64,000 nucleotides of DNA from Candidatus Kryptoniota bacterium (GCA_046705025.1 JBJKQU010000061.1:20007-84006), one strand, 5' to 3'. Counted from the stretch's first letter, positions 40,395 to 51,090 are shown. Notes: generated by a model from the sequence alone, not told the origin. A program made the numbers and translations.

Positions 40395-41489
40395 TCACTT
40401 GAAATATCCTGTTATCATTAAATCGCATCCGACCTGCCGGATCTCCATGCGATCGACTTCGACGGCATCAGTCAGACGATTCAGTTGAATTCCATCTGAA
40501 AAGGTTTTCCCGCTCCCCATTATCTTAGGAGCGACAAACACATGAAGCTTGTCTGCCATCCCCGGTCTTATGAACTGAGAAAACACATCGGCCCCTCCCT
40601 CGACCATAACGGAGGCTATTCCAAGTTCAGCGATGCGCTTGAGTACCACGCGTGTTGAAAGTCTGCCGCTCGAGTCGCCCCTCAACGGAATCAGCTCCAC
40701 TCCCTTTGCCGTCAGCCCATTGATTTTCGCCTGTACCTTTGCGGTCTTCTTCAATGAAGAAGCGTAAAACACTATTGTCCTGCCGCCTCCGAAGACCCTG
40801 GAATCCGGCGGCGAAGAGAGAACTCCGTCGAGGACTATCCTGACCGGCGACCTGCCTTCAACGAGGCGCACGGTCAGTTCGGGGTTGTCTTCGCGGACAG
40901 TCCCTGCTCCCACGAGAACGGCGTCGTAGCAGGCTCGAAGTTCGTGTACCAGCTTGAGCGAGTCCTGAGATGTTATATATTTCGATCTGCCGTTTCGTAA
41001 GGCTATTTTCCCGTCGAGCGACTGGGCTATCTTCAGGACAACAAGCGGCAGCTTTTTCGTTATCGATTTCTCAAACGCCTCGTTGAGCCTTCGGGCTTCC
41101 CGCTCGAGCAAACCGACTTCTACCTCAATTCCGGCCTCGCGAAGTTTCTTCAGTCCATTCCCGTTGACTATCGGGTTGGGATCGAGCATACCGACATGTA
41201 CTATTTTGACGCGTCTCTTGATGAGGAGGTCGGCGCAGGGCGGGGTTTTACCGAAGAAGCTGCAGGGCTCCAGGTTCACGAAAACTTCCGCTCCCTCGAC
41301 GTCTTCGGTTGCCGAGTTGACGGCATTAACTTCCGCGTGAGCTTGCCCGAATTTCTGGTGATACCCTTCGCCGATTATTCTTCCGTCCTTCACGATGACG
41401 CATCCGACCATCGGATTAGGGCTGACGCTGCCTCTCCCTTTCTCAGCAAGCCTGATGCATCTAAGCATCAGCTCTTCATTCGTAAACAT
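40395..41489 (-). CDS. ribD: bifunctional diaminohydroxyphosphoribosylaminopyrimidine deaminase / 5-amino-6-(5-phosphoribosylamino)uracil reductase
   Basis: 364-aa ORF with deaminase zinc motifs (HAEV and PCSFFGKTPPC) and a RibD_C reductase domain. Confidence 0.92.
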   Translation of the reverse strand: MFTNEELMLRCIRLAEKGRGSVSPNPMVGCVIVKDGRIIGEGYHQKFGQAHAEVNAVNSATEDVEGAEVFVNLEPCSFFGKTPPCADLLIKRRVKIVHVGMLDPNPIVNGNGLKKLREAGIEVEVGLLEREARRLNEAFEKSITKKLPLVVLKIAQSLDGKIALRNGRSKYITSQDSLKLVHELRACYDAVLVGAGTVREDNPELTVRLVEGRSPVRIVLDGVLSSPPDSRVFGGGRTIVFYASSLKKTAKVQAKINGLTAKGVELIPLRGDSSGRLSTRVVLKRIAELGIASVMVEGGADVFSQFIRPGMADKLHVFVAPKIMGSGKTFSDGIQLNRLTDAVEVDRMEIRQVGCDLMITGYFK

Positions 41490-41495
41490 AGGCAG

Positions 41496-42266
41496 CTACT
41501 TCATAGTGAGCGTGATTTTCTGACCGATCCGGGTTTTCAGAGATCTGGAAGCATTTCCGAGATTGATTGCGAGTTCGAGAAGGCCGCTGCTCCCTCTCAC
41601 TCCGACTACCGACTTGCTTTGCGAAGCGGCGTAGGACAGATAGAACCTGGAGACTATTCTCGATCCCACTTTCACGCTTGATCCCTTCTCCAACAGCGAA
41701 TCGCTCCAAAGGAAATTCGTAAGGACGTTGCCGAATCTGTCCTGATAAACAACCATTCCCTCGTTCCTGCCCGGGCTGACGGTTTTGTAAAACCGTTCAA
41801 CGTCCGGATAGACAAACCTCTCTCCGAATTCACTCAGCCGCGTCCCTCGGGACAAGTAGGCCCCTACGGGGGCGAATATGTCTCTGCCGTGAAAAGTGCT
41901 GCTGACATTCTTAAGAAAGAACCTTGGGTTCGTTACGTAATAATATTCCTTTTCATTCGCTTCGGCTGCGACATAATCGAGCAGGCCGTTATCCGGAGCG
42001 ACAAAAGTCTGGCCGTCGATCTTTCCGCAGATGATCTTCCGGTCGGTGCCGACCCCGGGATCGACTACATTGACAAAGACAGCATCCTCCTGAAAGAAGT
42101 TCCGTGATGCCCAAAGGACAAAAGCCGCCTGCTGGACGCTCTGTCTCTCGATTTCGTGCGTCAGGTCGACGATATGGACAACGGGGTTTATCGAAGCGAT
42201 CACTCCTTTCATTACCCCGACGAAATAGTCTTTGTTACCGAAATCAGTGAGGAGGACGATCAGAGA
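41496..42266 (-). CDS. SAM hydrolase / SAM-dependent halogenase family protein (DUF62)
   Basis: The start MSLIVLLTDFGNKDYFVGVMKGVI is the typical DUF62 N-terminus. I therefore trimmed the 24-codon extension in the ORF track. The start abuts the stop of the upstream gene. Confidence 0.75.
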   Translation of the reverse strand, partial: SLIVLLTDFGNKDYFVGVMKGVIASINPVVHIVDLTHEIERQSVQQAAFVLWASRNFFQEDAVFVNVVDPGVGTDRKIICGKIDGQTFVAPDNGLLDYVAAEANEKEYYYVTNPRFFLKNVSSTFHGRDIFAPVGAYLSRGTRLSEFGERFVYPDVERFYKTVSPGRNEGMVVYQDRFGNVLTNFLWSDSLLEKGSSVKVGSRIVSRFYLSYAASQSKSVVGVRGSSGLLELAINLGNASRSLKTRIGQKITLTMK

Positions 42267-42268
42267 CA

Positions 42269-43270
42269 TTACAGCTTCACGGCGCTTTCTCGCTTCGCAG
42301 AAGCATAGGACGCATCGACCAGGTTCATGACATTGCACATCTGGCCAATTGTGGGGACATCCGTCTTGACTCCGGTCAGCGACCGGACAAAGTTTGCAAG
42401 CTCTGTTTCGTAACTTCGCTTGAATACGTTCTCGAATCTGGAGTTCTGCACCGGTGTCAGGCTGACGAGCTCATCCTTCACTCTATGGTGCAGGAGCAGC
42501 GGGCTGAGCGTCGCAGTTCCTTCGGTACCGTAGACTTCAAACTTGAAACTCTCATCGGGCTGCTGGAGTCCCCAACTCGCATCTATCCTTATCATTGCGC
42601 CCGCTTTCGTCCGCAGCGTGACAAGGGCAGTATCTTCGATGTCTTTGAACCTGCGGCTGAAGAACGCAGCGTTGACGCCGGTTATCTTCGGGAAGTCGAG
42701 AAGCCACAGCGACAGATCGATAAGCACTATCCCGAGATCCAGCATCACGCCCCGTCTCGACATTGATCTCGAGTCCATGCGGAGCTTGGTGCTCGGATCT
42801 TTCTTGTGCCAGGCCGCACTGATATAAAAAACGTCGCCCAGCTGTTTGTCTATCATGTAACTCTTCAGCATCATGAAGTCGGTTCTGAACCTGTTGTTCA
42901 TAGCCGCCAGGACAATCTTGTCCTTCTCGGCAGCGACTTCGGCTAGCGTTTCGCATTCGCTGCTGTTAACAGTAGGTGGTTTTTCAACCAAGACATTCTT
43001 ACCTGCGTTCAAAGCATCCAGGGCAATTTGAAAATGACTTTCGCTCGACGTGCAAATGTCGACCGCGTCGATATCCGGGTCCGCAAGAAGCTCTTCGGGA
43101 GTCGAATACAGCTTTTGTATGTTGTGCTGCCGCCCCAGAATATTGAGTCGCTGGCCGTCCAGCTCCGACAAAGCGACCACTTTCACGCCGGCTATCTTCT
43201 TCAAGAGCGGAAGGTGAACTATCTGCGCTATCGCGCCCCCGCCGATAACACCCAGTCTGATTTCTTCCAT
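42269..43270 (-). CDS. Gfo/Idh/MocA family oxidoreductase
   Basis: 333-aa ORF with the N-terminal Rossmann segment IRLGVIGGGAIAQIVHLP and the EKP motif (VLVEKPP). Confidence 0.85.
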   Translation of the reverse strand: MEEIRLGVIGGGAIAQIVHLPLLKKIAGVKVVALSELDGQRLNILGRQHNIQKLYSTPEELLADPDIDAVDICTSSESHFQIALDALNAGKNVLVEKPPTVNSSECETLAEVAAEKDKIVLAAMNNRFRTDFMMLKSYMIDKQLGDVFYISAAWHKKDPSTKLRMDSRSMSRRGVMLDLGIVLIDLSLWLLDFPKITGVNAAFFSRRFKDIEDTALVTLRTKAGAMIRIDASWGLQQPDESFKFEVYGTEGTATLSPLLLHHRVKDELVSLTPVQNSRFENVFKRSYETELANFVRSLTGVKTDVPTIGQMCNVMNLVDASYASAKRESAVKL

Positions 43271-43273
43271 CGA

Positions 43274-45202
43274 TTATCTGTTTACAAGTACGGTTTGTTT
43301 GGACGAAGTCCCCTCGACGTTGAGGAAATGCAACACTCTGTTTGAGATCCCGGCCGGATCGAGCTCCAGTAGTTCATACAACTGTTGAGGCGCCCCGTGT
43401 TCGACAAAAGAATCCGGCAGCCCCAGTTTGAGAACACGGCGCGGTTTTCCGATCTCCTGGAGGGTTTCGAGCAAGGCACTTCCGAACCCGCCCACTGTCG
43501 TGTTGTCTTCAACCGTCACGATCTTATCAAATTTCTCGGCTACCTCATCGAGCAATTCGGCGTCGATCGGCTTCACGAACCTCATGTTGACAACTCTGGC
43601 GTGAATCCCCTCCTTCTCGAGGATTCCGGCTGCTTTCAACGAATGCTGGACCATAACGCCGACCGCAAGAATCGCGACGTCGTCTCCGTCACGCACGACT
43701 TCCCCCTTCCCTATCGGGATTTCGGACATGTCCTTGCCGGGCATATCGATCGAACTAGAGCGTGAGTACCTCATAGCTATCGGACCAGCCTTGTAGTTAA
43801 CGGCAGTCAGGAGCATGTTACGCAGCTCATTTTCATCCTTCGGTGCCATTATCACCATGCCGGGTACAAGGCGAAGGTATGTCAAGTCAAAGGCACCGTG
43901 GTGGGTGGGACCGTCGGCTCCGACGAGCCCTGCGCGGTCAAGGACGAAGACGACGTGCAGATGCTGGAGGGCCACATCATGGATGATCTGGTCGAAGGCT
44001 CTCTGAAGAAATGTCGAGTACACGGCTGCAACGGGGACGTATCCCTGAGTTGCCATCCCGGCGCAAAATGTTACAGCGTGCTGTTCCGCAATTCCTACAT
44101 CGAAAAATCTGTCCGGGAATTCCTTCTGAAGAATATTCAGTCCCGTTCCATCCGGCATCGCAGCGGTGACGCCGACGACTTTCTCGTTCTTCCTCGCGAT
44201 CTCGACGAGCGCCTCGCCGAACACTTTAGTTAATGCAGGAGGGCCGTTCTTCTTGACCTGCGTTCCCGTCACTTTGTCGAACGCGACGACTCCATGAAGT
44301 TTCTGACGGTCCTCCTCGGCGGGCAAATATCCCTTCCCCTTTTCTGTGGTAACGTGGACGAGCAAGGGGCCTTTGAGATCCTTCAACTCCTTGAACGTTT
44401 TTACGAGCTGCGGCAGGTTGTGTCCGTTGAACGGGCCGAAATATCTGAACCCTAAGGCCTCGAACAGCATCCCGGGCGTAAACACAGCCTTCATGCCTGT
44501 CTCGATACGCCCCGCAACCCGCCTTATGCGATCACCGACCAGGTCCAGCTTTCCGGTCAAATCCCACACATCCGACTTCAACTTGTTGTAGGCGCCGGTC
44601 ACCGTGAAGCTGGTGAAATAGTTGGAGACTGCCCAGACATTCGGCGCAATGGACATTCTATTGTCGTTAAGAACAACAATCAAATTCTTCTTCAACATGC
44701 CGGCGTTGTTCATGGCTTCATAAGCCATCCCGCCGGTCATCGCACCGTCTCCGACAACAGCAACGACCTTGAAATTCTCTTTAGAAAAGTCGCGCGCTGT
44801 GGCAATCCCGAGGGCGGCTGAGACTGAGGTGCTCGCGTGCCCGGCTCCGAACACGTCGTATGGACTCTCCGTTCGTTTCAGGAAGCCGCTTATCCCGTGG
44901 TACTGCCGTATGGTTTGAAATACATCGCGCCTGCCTGTAATAATCTTATGGATGTACCCCTGATGGCCGACATCCCAGACGATCTGATCCTGAGGCGTGT
45001 TGAAAACATAATGGAGGGCAAGTGTCAACTCGACCGAGCCAAGGCTCGCTCCCAGATGACCTCCGATTTGCGATATCGTGTCTATCAGGAATTCGCGCAG
45101 CTCCTCAGCGACAATTTTCAGTTCACTAATGGTCAGCTTCCTAAGATCCTCAGGAGAATCTATAGAATAAAGGTACTTATAATCCATTTGCTCTCCGCTC
45201 AC
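43274..45202 (-). CDS. dxs: 1-deoxy-D-xylulose-5-phosphate synthase
   Basis: 642-aa ORF with GGHLGASLG, WDVGHQ.Y.HK, the ThDP motif GDGAMTGGMAYEA, and IAEQHAVTF. Confidence 0.97.
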   Translation of the reverse strand: MSGEQMDYKYLYSIDSPEDLRKLTISELKIVAEELREFLIDTISQIGGHLGASLGSVELTLALHYVFNTPQDQIVWDVGHQGYIHKIITGRRDVFQTIRQYHGISGFLKRTESPYDVFGAGHASTSVSAALGIATARDFSKENFKVVAVVGDGAMTGGMAYEAMNNAGMLKKNLIVVLNDNRMSIAPNVWAVSNYFTSFTVTGAYNKLKSDVWDLTGKLDLVGDRIRRVAGRIETGMKAVFTPGMLFEALGFRYFGPFNGHNLPQLVKTFKELKDLKGPLLVHVTTEKGKGYLPAEEDRQKLHGVVAFDKVTGTQVKKNGPPALTKVFGEALVEIARKNEKVVGVTAAMPDGTGLNILQKEFPDRFFDVGIAEQHAVTFCAGMATQGYVPVAAVYSTFLQRAFDQIIHDVALQHLHVVFVLDRAGLVGADGPTHHGAFDLTYLRLVPGMVIMAPKDENELRNMLLTAVNYKAGPIAMRYSRSSSIDMPGKDMSEIPIGKGEVVRDGDDVAILAVGVMVQHSLKAAGILEKEGIHARVVNMRFVKPIDAELLDEVAEKFDKIVTVEDNTTVGGFGSALLETLQEIGKPRRVLKLGLPDSFVEHGAPQQLYELLELDPAGISNRVLHFLNVEGTSSKQTVLVNR

Positions 45203-45441
45203 ATTTCTAGATCGTCTTCCTCAACGGCGCCTCCGGCGACTTTCTGGATCTTCTTCAGTTTCAATTTAGCCTCGTTCAATTGCACCATGCAAGACTTGGC
45301 AAGGCTCATTCCCTCTTCGTAAAGCTTGATCGATTCCTCAAGCGGCGCGTTCCCCATTTCTAAAGTCTCGACAATTTCTTCCAGCCGTTTCAGAGACTCC
45401 TCGAACGTAGGATTTTCTTTTGTCTTAGTGTTCTTGCTCAT
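45199..45441 (-). CDS. xseB: exodeoxyribonuclease VII small subunit
   Basis: Taking the start at MSKNTKTKENPTFEESLKRLEEIVETLE gives 80 aa. This is the typical XseB helix-hairpin, and the gene follows xseA. Confidence 0.8.
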   Translation of the reverse strand: MSKNTKTKENPTFEESLKRLEEIVETLEMGNAPLEESIKLYEEGMSLAKSCMVQLNEAKLKLKKIQKVAGGAVEEDDLEM

Positions 45442-46693
45442 GTTTACCGGTGATTTTTGTTTCCAGTATACCGTCAGACAAATGGACCGAAGCAGCCTGA
45501 CCGATCTCAACTTTTTTTACGGATGCCACGACACCTTGTGATGATTCCACAAAAGCGTAACCGCGCCGCAGGATGCCGTTGGGGCTCAATGCATTCAGAT
45601 GAGCGTAGATCGAGTTCATCTTCTGCTCGTTCGTCGTCACGTAGTGCTCCTCCCAAATCTGCATTCTCCTGAAAAGGTCGTCGACGTACTGAGATTTCTG
45701 CTCGACAAGAGACGCGGGCTGCCGGAGAGCGTAGTGGTGCCTCATCGTGTCAAGACTGAGATTCAGCCGATCTATGCTCCGCTCGATCGCTCTCGTCATC
45801 TTATCCATAGATGTCTGCAGCTCGGCAAATATCTCTGTCTTTTCCGGCACGACCAGTTCCCCGGCTGCACTAGGGGTCGCCGCCCGCACGTCGGCGACAA
45901 AATCCGATATTGTGAAGTCTACCTGATGGCCGACGGCACTGATGACCGGGATCGTGCTGTCAAATATCGCCCGGGCTACGATCTCCTCGTTGAATGCCCA
46001 CAAGTCCTCGAGGCTTCCGCCGCCTCTGCCGACAATCAGGACGTCCACATTGGGCTTGCGGTTGAAGTCGTAGATGGCCCCCGCTATCTCTTCGGCAGCA
46101 CCCTCGCCCTGCACCTTGACAGGATAAATGACCATGTCCACCGTCGGGAATCTTCTATTCACTACGCTGATTATGTCACGGACAGCCGCTCCCTCGAGTG
46201 AAGTAACGACACCGATTCTTCTCGGGAATTCCGGCAGCGGCTTCTTCCGCTCCTCGTCGAAAAGACCTTCCGCCTCGAGTTTCTTCTTCAGCTCTTCGAA
46301 CGCAAGCTGAAGCGCACCTTGACCCGCAGGCATAATATCGACGGCGTACAACTGAAAATCGCCGCGAGGCTCATATAGTGAAATTCTCCCTCTGACCAGG
46401 ACCTTCATTCCGTCGCCGACCGGAAATTTCAAACGCGCCGCATCGGAGCGCCACATAACTACGCGAACCTGGGCCTCGTCATCCTTCAGAGTGAAATACA
46501 AATGTCCCGACGGCATGTGCCTCTTGAAATTGGAAACTTCCCCCTCTACGACTACAGCCGGAAAACTTCGCTCGAGAATTTCCTTCGCCAGCCTTGTAAG
46601 CTCTTTTACTTTCAGGATCTTTTCCTGATAGGTCACTCTCGCCTGGCGATTGAAAATACTCAAATCTTCTTCCTGCACTCTATACCTCCTCAC
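45425..46693 (-). CDS. xseA: exodeoxyribonuclease VII large subunit
   Basis: 422-aa ORF with an OB-fold N-terminus (VVVEGEVSNFKRHMPSGHLYFTLKD) and the catalytic region (IVGRGGGSLEDLWAFNEE). Confidence 0.92.
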   Translation of the reverse strand: MRRYRVQEEDLSIFNRQARVTYQEKILKVKELTRLAKEILERSFPAVVVEGEVSNFKRHMPSGHLYFTLKDDEAQVRVVMWRSDAARLKFPVGDGMKVLVRGRISLYEPRGDFQLYAVDIMPAGQGALQLAFEELKKKLEAEGLFDEERKKPLPEFPRRIGVVTSLEGAAVRDIISVVNRRFPTVDMVIYPVKVQGEGAAEEIAGAIYDFNRKPNVDVLIVGRGGGSLEDLWAFNEEIVARAIFDSTIPVISAVGHQVDFTISDFVADVRAATPSAAGELVVPEKTEIFAELQTSMDKMTRAIERSIDRLNLSLDTMRHHYALRQPASLVEQKSQYVDDLFRRMQIWEEHYVTTNEQKMNSIYAHLNALSPNGILRRGYAFVESSQGVVASVKKVEIGQAASVHLSDGILETKITGKHEQEH

Positions 46694-46874
46694 GGCTCAA
46701 CAGACGAAAAATGCGAATCAGCACCGAAGGATCACGAACGATCCGGACAACATTAATGGCGCCGCCTCCACTTTCGGTAATTATAAACATTCGGCGCCTC
46801 AAGTGAAAGGCACGTCCGTTGCGGCCAGCGCAATCCCGGCAACAAATTGAATTTGAAGTTCCGGTAAGGTTATA

Positions 46875-47864
46875 TTGCTTCGGATGTTAGACAAACCTAT
46901 GAGAATTGTCATTGCCAGGACGGATAGAATCGGTGACGTTGTCCTTTCGCTACCGGTATTTGCGTCGCTCAAGAAATCATTTCCCGATAGTCAGCTGGTT
47001 GCCCTCGTGAGGGATTATACTGCAGACGTGATTTCTTCTTTTCATGCGGTTGACCGCGTTGTCACCTATGACCCCGAGGAACCCTTGAGAACGACCCGCC
47101 GGAAGTTGAGGGAAATAAACGCCGACGCCATCCTTCTGCTCTTCCCACGGTTCAGGATTGCCCTCGCCGCCCTTCTGGCCGGTGTTCCTGTAAGGGTCGG
47201 CACCGCGTACCGCTGGTACTCTTTCCTGTTCAATGAGAAGGTTCACGAGCACCGAAAAGACTCGGTCAAGAGCGAGGCAGAATACAACCTGGCACTCGCG
47301 GAAAAGCTGGGATGTAAAAAGCGGATTTTCGACACCAGGATCGACGTAAGGCCGGAAGCGCTGGAAAGTGCAAAGGAGTTCCTTGCCGGGAACCATGTGC
47401 AAAGGTTTGTCGCAATACATCCGGGAAGCGGCGGCTCGGCTTACGAATGGGGTCAAGAGAATTTCCGCGAGTTGACTCGTGCCGTGACGGATAACTTCAG
47501 CTTAAACGTTTTGATTACCGGGACGTCTTCAGAACATGAGCTTTGTGAAAGAATATCCAAAGGAATTCCGAAATCGCTCAATACTGCGGGACAACTCTCA
47601 CTCCTCGAGTTCATTGCCCTGGTTTCTCAGGCCGAACTTTTCCTTTCAAATTCGACAGGCCCGCTTCACCTCGCCGCCTCCGTCGGAACTCCCGTTATCG
47701 GCATCTATCCGAACAACAAGCCGATGACTCCCGCCCGATGGGCTCCGTTGACAGACAGGAAATTGATCCTCACGCCTAAGGATGGTTCAGACGATCTGTC
47801 GGTTATTCGAGTCGAGGAGGTTGTTGAATCAGTAAACAAGCTGCTTCCGGTCAAGGCATCGTGA
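46875..47864 (+). CDS. glycosyltransferase family 9 (LPS heptosyltransferase-like)
   Basis: 329-aa ORF with RIVIARTDRIGDVVLSLP, IHPGSGGSA and NSTGPLHLAA. The true start may be the internal MRIVI at 46899. Confidence 0.85.
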   Translation: MLRMLDKPMRIVIARTDRIGDVVLSLPVFASLKKSFPDSQLVALVRDYTADVISSFHAVDRVVTYDPEEPLRTTRRKLREINADAILLLFPRFRIALAALLAGVPVRVGTAYRWYSFLFNEKVHEHRKDSVKSEAEYNLALAEKLGCKKRIFDTRIDVRPEALESAKEFLAGNHVQRFVAIHPGSGGSAYEWGQENFRELTRAVTDNFSLNVLITGTSSEHELCERISKGIPKSLNTAGQLSLLEFIALVSQAELFLSNSTGPLHLAASVGTPVIGIYPNNKPMTPARWAPLTDRKLILTPKDGSDDLSVIRVEEVVESVNKLLPVKAS

Positions 47865-48754
47865 GAGACAGAAAGTTGACACTCGCTTTGGTGGCTGCCC
47901 TTCTGCTTTGGGTTTCATGCGTCGGCTTCTTCTCTCATCCTGCGGTGCCAGGAATGTCCGGAATTTTCCATCCACCGGCGAAGCAGGACAACCGAACACG
48001 CTCCCAGGCGCCTCCTGCACAAAGCGAGCTCGATAGTTCCCTGTTTCGTGTCGTGCACAACGATGCATTCACTGTCGGTGAGAAGCTCAACTATGATATT
48101 GTGTATGGGCCGGTAGTAGCCGGAACCGCGACCATTTCGATCCCGTCGTACGTTTACTACGCAGGCCGGAAGTGTTTTAAGGTTGAGTTTTCAATGAGAT
48201 CGACGAAGTTCTTCGATTTCTTCTTCAAGGTGAGAGACAATTACCTGTCATACATGGACGTGCAGGGACTCTTCCCGTGGAAATTTGAGCAGCATGTGCG
48301 AGAGGGGGGATACAAAAAAGACTTTACGGCATGGTTCAACCAGATCAATCATACGGCAGAGACCAGTAACGGCGGCCCGTATAAGATTAAGCCTTACACA
48401 CAAGACGCGGTCAGCACATTCTTCTACGCCCGGACGTTAAACTACGATACACTGAAGATCGGTCAGGAAGTCCGTTTTTCGAATTTCTATATCGACAAGG
48501 TTTATCCTCTCAACGTTAAATACCTGGGACAGCAGGATATCAAAACCAAAGCGGGCAAATTTCATTGCCAGATTATCGAACCCGTTATTGTAAAGGGCGG
48601 GTTGTTCAAGAATACCGGCCGCATAGTAATCTGGATAAGCGACGACTCACTGAAAATTCCGATAAAAGTAGAGACCGAAGTCCTTATCGGCTCCGTGGTC
48701 GCCGAACTCGTGAGTTATAACGGCCTCGCAGGAACACCGACGTCAAAATATTAG
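47861..48754 (+). CDS. DUF3108-like secreted protein
   Basis: 297-aa ORF with a TM/signal segment. The pattern GEKLNYDIVYGPVVAGTATISI...KVRDNYLSYMD resembles DUF3108. The assignment is from memory. Confidence 0.5.
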   Translation: MRDRKLTLALVAALLLWVSCVGFFSHPAVPGMSGIFHPPAKQDNRTRSQAPPAQSELDSSLFRVVHNDAFTVGEKLNYDIVYGPVVAGTATISIPSYVYYAGRKCFKVEFSMRSTKFFDFFFKVRDNYLSYMDVQGLFPWKFEQHVREGGYKKDFTAWFNQINHTAETSNGGPYKIKPYTQDAVSTFFYARTLNYDTLKIGQEVRFSNFYIDKVYPLNVKYLGQQDIKTKAGKFHCQIIEPVIVKGGLFKNTGRIVIWISDDSLKIPIKVETEVLIGSVVAELVSYNGLAGTPTSKY

Positions 48755-48762
48755 GAGAGAAG

Positions 48763-49671
48763 TTGTCAGAAGACGACACCATTATTGATGAACCGACGGG
48801 CAATGGGCTGAAGTTCAATCCGATAGGGTTTGCACTCATCTCGCTGCTCTTGATTTTCTTTCTCTACCAGCTTGTCGGCGGCGGGCTCACCGTATTCCTG
48901 TTCGGCAATGTTCCCACAACGGATCAGGCCCTGATCTTCAGACTTGCAACGATGGTCGCCGAGGTCATTTTCATCCTGGTCCCGACTTTCTTCCTGACGA
49001 AGCTTCAGACCCGGGATTGGAAATCGTTTTTGCGATTCCGGAAGACCGACTGGTATTATCTTGTGCTGGCCGTGGTCGGAGTAATAGCGCTCGAACAATT
49101 GCTGGAAGTCTACCTCTATTTCCAGGGTATGATTCCGGTTCCGGCTCCCTTCGACAAGATCATAAACCAGTTCCAGCAGACAGTCGAGCACACATATAAA
49201 GTCCTGATAGGAGCACACAACTTCGGCGAGTTCATGTTCGTGCTGCTGGTAGTGGGAGTTACTCCGGCCATCTGCGAAGAGACCCTGTTCCGGGGATTGA
49301 TTCAGAGCAATCTGGAGGTCCCGATGTCAAAGAAAAAGGCAATCATCTGGACAGGGATAATCTTCGGAGCATATCATCTGGATCCCTTCACGTTCGTGGC
49401 GCTCTGTGCGCTCGGTATTTATTTCGGATACCTTGTTTCAACGACGGGAAGCATTTTGATCCCCATGGCAGCGCACTTCACAAACAATTTCATTTCGGCG
49501 TTCGTGTACTATGAGTCGGGGAAAGACAGCATTATCGCGCCCAGTGGAACCCAGGAGCTTGACGCAGGTCACCTCATATTGTTGTCGACGTTGCTTGCGA
49601 TTATATTTACGGTTACCGTCTATTTGACAAGAAAACATCATCAAGAAACACAGGAGGCACTTGAGCAGTGA
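48763..49671 (+). CDS. CPBP family intramembrane glutamic endopeptidase (CAAX protease/Abi)
   Basis: 302-aa polytopic ORF with a TTG start after AGGAGAG. Motifs are EETLFRG, FGAYH and HFTNN. Confidence 0.85.
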   Translation: MSEDDTIIDEPTGNGLKFNPIGFALISLLLIFFLYQLVGGGLTVFLFGNVPTTDQALIFRLATMVAEVIFILVPTFFLTKLQTRDWKSFLRFRKTDWYYLVLAVVGVIALEQLLEVYLYFQGMIPVPAPFDKIINQFQQTVEHTYKVLIGAHNFGEFMFVLLVVGVTPAICEETLFRGLIQSNLEVPMSKKKAIIWTGIIFGAYHLDPFTFVALCALGIYFGYLVSTTGSILIPMAAHFTNNFISAFVYYESGKDSIIAPSGTQELDAGHLILLSTLLAIIFTVTVYLTRKHHQETQEALEQ

Positions 49672-50216
49672 TTTGTTCAAATTGCGGGTTTACTAGCGCG
49701 AATGATTTCTCGCGTTGTCCGCATTGCGGGTCGGAGGTTGTACCATCCGGGCGGTGCGGCAACTGCGGGGAACTGATTGATGCCGAGGCATATCTATATT
49801 GCAGCAAATGCGGGGCAATAAACGAAGAAAAGGCATCGGATGAAGGGATTGTTTGCGACACTCACCTGGAGAACCGCGCTATAGGGTTCTGCGTAGTTTG
49901 CGGCAAAGCAGTATGCGATGAGTGCGCGGAAAACCTTGGCAACAGAATTTTGTGCGACGATCCGGCGCACCGGCAGTACCTGACCAAGTGGAAGGTTCTA
50001 CGCACCTTCGACTTCGAGTACGAGGCCGCCATGCTTTATGCCAATCTTGAGCAGCAAGGGATAGAGACCCAGGTATTCACCAAACTGAATCCCGATTCTG
50101 CCGAGGCACCGGTGCGGCCGACGATCGTCGAGATCTTGGTTCGCGACGAGAAACTCGCGGAGGCAAAAGATATTTTGAAATCGCTCGGACTTTGGGACGA
50201 GGAGAACGAATTCTGA
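49668..50216 (+). CDS. zinc-ribbon / B-box-like protein with C-terminal DUF2007-like domain
   Basis: 182-aa ORF with three CxxC pairs at the N-terminus and CDTH...C..CGKAVCDEC. The C-terminal alpha/beta module (YEAAMLYANLEQQGIE) resembles DUF2007. Confidence 0.5.
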   Translation: MICSNCGFTSANDFSRCPHCGSEVVPSGRCGNCGELIDAEAYLYCSKCGAINEEKASDEGIVCDTHLENRAIGFCVVCGKAVCDECAENLGNRILCDDPAHRQYLTKWKVLRTFDFEYEAAMLYANLEQQGIETQVFTKLNPDSAEAPVRPTIVEILVRDEKLAEAKDILKSLGLWDEENEF

Positions 50217-51052
50217 TGTCCAATCTGGCCGCCCGTGTCCTGGTAGCCGTAATCGCGATACCGTTGATCGTCGCCGCTTGCTACTTCGGAGGTCCATTTT
50301 TCTTCGTCTTCACGACTGCAATAATCATCCTCGCGGCCAACGAATTCTACTATCTCGCGAGAAAGAAGAACATTGAGCCTGCTGCCGTCGTCGGGATAGT
50401 ATCGGCGGCAATATTGAATGCAGTCGTATACTCTGCGGGAATGGATGCGGCCTTCGAGTTCCTCATTCTGATAGTCGCATTCGTGCTGCTGTGGGAACTC
50501 GCCAGGCGCCGGACCGAAAAGGTGACGGGCACCTTCGAAAACACCGGGACCACGCTCGCCGGCATTGTTTACATCGGGCTGTTCGGCTCGATGCTGACCG
50601 CAATACGCGAAAGAGTCGGACTTCAGAGCGTCCTCCCGAACGATCGGGATGCCGGACTGTTCATCATAGCGATACTCGCTTCGATATGGATTTGTGATTC
50701 TGCGGCATACTTCGTCGGCAGGGCAACCGGGAGACATAAGATGAGCAAGTTCGTGAGTCCCAACAAAACCTGGGAGGGCGGAATTGCCGGATTTATTTTC
50801 GCGGTTGCGACTGCCGTAGCAGCGAAGTACGCGGCCATACCTGATCTGAGCTTGAGAACGGCCGTCTTCATGGGAGTCATTGTCGGCGTGTTCGGGCAAT
50901 CCGGGGATTTCGTCGAGTCGATGTTCAAGAGAGACGCCGGCCTCAAAGACTCCTCCAATCTGATACCGGGTCACGGTGGTGTTTTCGACAGGTTTGACAG
51001 CCTGCTGTTCTCGGCCCCCCTGATTTACCTGATGCTGAAGCACCTCAGGTAG
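50216..51052 (+). CDS. cdsA: phosphatidate cytidylyltransferase
   Basis: The start is in a TGATG overlap with the upstream stop. The protein is polytopic and carries the C-terminal signature SMFKRDAGLKDSSNLIPGHGGVFDRFDS. Confidence 0.88.
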   Translation: MSNLAARVLVAVIAIPLIVAACYFGGPFFFVFTTAIIILAANEFYYLARKKNIEPAAVVGIVSAAILNAVVYSAGMDAAFEFLILIVAFVLLWELARRRTEKVTGTFENTGTTLAGIVYIGLFGSMLTAIRERVGLQSVLPNDRDAGLFIIAILASIWICDSAAYFVGRATGRHKMSKFVSPNKTWEGGIAGFIFAVATAVAAKYAAIPDLSLRTAVFMGVIVGVFGQSGDFVESMFKRDAGLKDSSNLIPGHGGVFDRFDSLLFSAPLIYLMLKHLR

Positions 51053-51090
51053 TAGTCGGCTAAAGACGGGAGCTTAACCTCTACCGGGAT

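Noticed and set aside
50036-51043. 335-aa minus-strand ORF
   Set aside because: It is antisense to cdsA, which has clear family motifs and membrane topology. I see no motif or coding signal of its own.
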